A stretch of DNA of 64,000 nt, taken from NCBI GenBank assembly GCA_036172245.1, contig JAYWIR010000012.1:62001-126000 (forward strand), in the 5' to 3' direction. Shown in pieces: positions 61,566 through 64,000 of this stretch; positions within the stretch are counted from its first letter, which is position 1, and the number at the start of each line of letters is the position of its first letter. This DNA comes from Raillietiella orientalis (Eukaryota). The notes beneath the pieces were generated by a model. It was not told where the DNA came from. It did not search any database and saw only the letters and a list, made by a program, of their open reading frames with translations. The position numbers and the translations under genes are program-made.

Positions 61566-63629
61566 CAAGAAACGTGAAGAATGAAAGGCTCAACAATGAA
61601 ATAATTATTTTTAGCTGTCTATGCCATCAGTTTCTCGATTTCAGTTTTTCTTGGAACCACACCTCTCACCTCTGCTTTTTGCATGTTCGAATTATTGTTC
61701 TATTCCTGGATTGCACTTTGCGCAGCATTTTGCTGAGGTTGCCCACTCTGGTTCCCCTATTTTTTGCCCTGCATTTCCCTGAGTTTCCTCAGCCTCGCTC
61801 TCATCTCTTAGTAGTATGACTATCTGCCGCCAGCGAATATGTGTGAACGCGAGGAATCCTCAGCTCTTTTGAAGCGCCGTCGTTGCCAGGTTCCCACAAT
61901 CCCGAGGGCGTACCACCAGCACACGGATCGAACCCTGAGGACACCTGGCTAAGGGAGGACTACCTGTTTCTTCCAATATGTGCAAGCAGCTTCTTCAGAT
62001 GGCCTCACACTGTGGAACACTTCCTGAGATCTCCTTCCGAGCTTTACCCTCGCGCGTTGGGGCAGTGGGATCCCTTGAGCACGAAGCCAATTTCACGTCC
62101 CACGCCTTTCCAGGAAAGCCGCGGTGGAGGCACGCCATCAGCTGGGAGCCGGATAGCGCAGCCCCAAGCAACTCCCGCTGACCTGGAAATCTGCTTTCTG
62201 CGAGAGATGGCCACATCCCTCCTGGCTGGCGACTGCCTTTGCACCCTCCAGGGTGAGGTGGGAGCTATCCAATAGTCCATCCCCTATGAATTCCTTTTTT
62301 TGGGGGGGGAGGGGGTTCTTTTCTTCGTGGACTCTCTCCACCCGCTTCTCTTTGTCCCTCCATCGCTCCGGCGTGGAAAACAAAATGGTGTCTCCGTCCG
62401 TCCGACCTGAACTCCATGGGGAACGAGCTCTCCACCAGCTTGCTACCTTGCATAGGTGGCTCCTCTGCAGGAAGGAGACTACCAGAAGAGGATCCACTCA
62501 ACATGCGCCAAGGCCGGTCCGAGTTTGCCGACGAGCTGGTCTGGCGTTTCGGCTGCTGCAGCACCTGGGGTGAAACGCCAAGACGGCGCAGGGGTCTTGT
62601 AGTCGAAGGCCACCCTCCTGAAGTAGGTGAAGTCACAAAGTCAGGGGACGCATGCAGTCCGAAGGGTCGAGTTCGAATCTCTACAGAGACCTTCTGCCCG
62701 AATACCCTGCTGCTGCTTCTGCCTCTGGGATTTCAAACCGGTGTGCGTGCGTAAGAAGCGAGGTCTGGAGGGCCACCAGACTTATCCATTGTAGTCGATA
62801 GAGGCAGAAGACGCTGGAAATGGGCGAAGACCTCTCCCCCTCTCCCCCTCACCACCTTCCAAGTTCTCCTGGCGTTTCTACCTTTCCTCGGCGCGTGTTT
62901 CACTCCTACGACGCACCAGGACTCGTTGGCAAACAAACGTTGCCACCCCTACCTGCCTAACGGGCAGCAGGACTGAGGCCTCGCTCTCTGTCTTCGAAGT
63001 ACACGGGGTTCGAACCCAAGCTCTGGGTCAAGATTGGTCACTGGCCAGCCAACCACAGGGCGGAAGTCGGTCAGGTCAGGTCTTCGTCATCCCGCACGCG
63101 AAGACGGGAATCAGCGTGAGCAGCAGCAGCTCTTCCTCCCAAGCAGAGCGCCCTTAAACGCGCAAAGGATCTGGCACATACTCTTTCGATCTCTCTCCGC
63201 GCGGTCAGTACGGTCAGGGTGAGCCCCACGGGCAAAGCGAGATGTTTCATCATCTCAGCGTGTCTCTATCCACAGAATCCCAGCCTTAGCATCTTGTTGC
63301 TGCCGCTTCCCGCGAGTGCCAGCTGATAGAGTTTTCCGGCTTTTTGCCGCGAAAGGACGCCTTCGTGTCGAGGGCATCTGCGTGCCTTAAGGTCACGATT
63401 CGCATCGTCTCGAAAGATCGCGCACCGTCACGGTTTTCGGGAAGTCCTACTCCGAACGGGATCAATCGCCATGGGTGCGGAGCATCGGGAACGTCCTCTG
63501 TGGTGCTCTCGGGAAGCTTCCACCGCGGATGCATCTATCCATGCCGGCTGTCGCGCGTTTGGCACGGATGGAGCACACATTCGGATCTTCGAGGAAGCAG
63601 AGGGCACGCTCCTCTTCGCCGACTTGCAG

Positions 63630-63949
63630 GAGCCCATGCTCCAGAGTAGTTGATCAACCGCCCAATCCTGGAAGCGCAGATCGGGGTCTTGAAGCCTCAA
63701 ATATCTGCAAAGTCAGCCCGCGAACCAGCAAGTCCTCACACCTCCTCAGTCTGGAGAACTCCTGCACCAGCCACTCAGTTCGTACGCGTCACCATAGGTG
63801 TCCCTAGCGCGCGGCGATGAATACCGTCGCTAACCTCCCGGAGAATGCCTCCATGCACCATGCAAAGCGACGGATTGCAAATATTCCCAGAGCTTGATTT
63901 CTGACCTGAAGGAGCAGACTTGGTCAAAATCGCTGATTTCGGTTCGTGA
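63630..63949 (+). pseudogene. Possible degenerate protein-kinase fragment
   Basis: GADLVKIADFGS at ~63911-63946; upstream LKYLQ; no HRD motif found. Confidence 0.25.
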
Positions 63950-64000
63950 ACCTTCGGAGTGCCGCAGAGTGAGAGCAGGATGGAGACGTGGAAAGCGAGA

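Noticed and set aside
62950..63030. B-box-like GGTTCGAACC (also 56056 and 62740 minus)
   Set aside because: No convincing A box or cloverleaf, and no clear link to the shared body.

Overview
This is eukaryotic, probably arthropod, DNA, judging by the ~50-bp GT-AG introns, a TATA box with a TCATT initiator, and degenerate (TTAGG)n tracts. The window is mostly nested L1/Tx1-type non-LTR retrotransposons (APE endonuclease, RT, C-terminal CX2C zinc region). It holds one apparently intact host gene, a secreted CUB-domain protein (24654-27376), plus a 5'-truncated, internally deleted duplicate of it inside a segmental duplication (12479-23937 vs 24959-31357). An SLC4/band-3 anion-exchanger pseudogene lies on the minus strand (~32121-45004), with a 1.46-kb near-perfect inverted duplication of four exons. 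piggyBac relics and tRNA-derived SINE-like repeats are also present. The most notable observations are: (1) a full-length 4.8-kb LINE (15978-20811) with a 15-bp TSD, and an empty site in the paralogous copy, that begins with a tRNA-like A/B-box head; the head and ~700 bp of body are shared with a dispersed repeat family. (2) The 3' UTRs of divergent Tx1-like copies share a covarying stem-loop with loop CTGCGT and a terminal AATAAA-hairpin-TGAAAA end without poly(A). (3) Three co-oriented LINE 3' ends are each followed by a degenerate (CCTAA)n tract, resembling telomere-targeted retrotransposon arrays. All comparisons were made by eye, so boundaries of decayed fragments are approximate.
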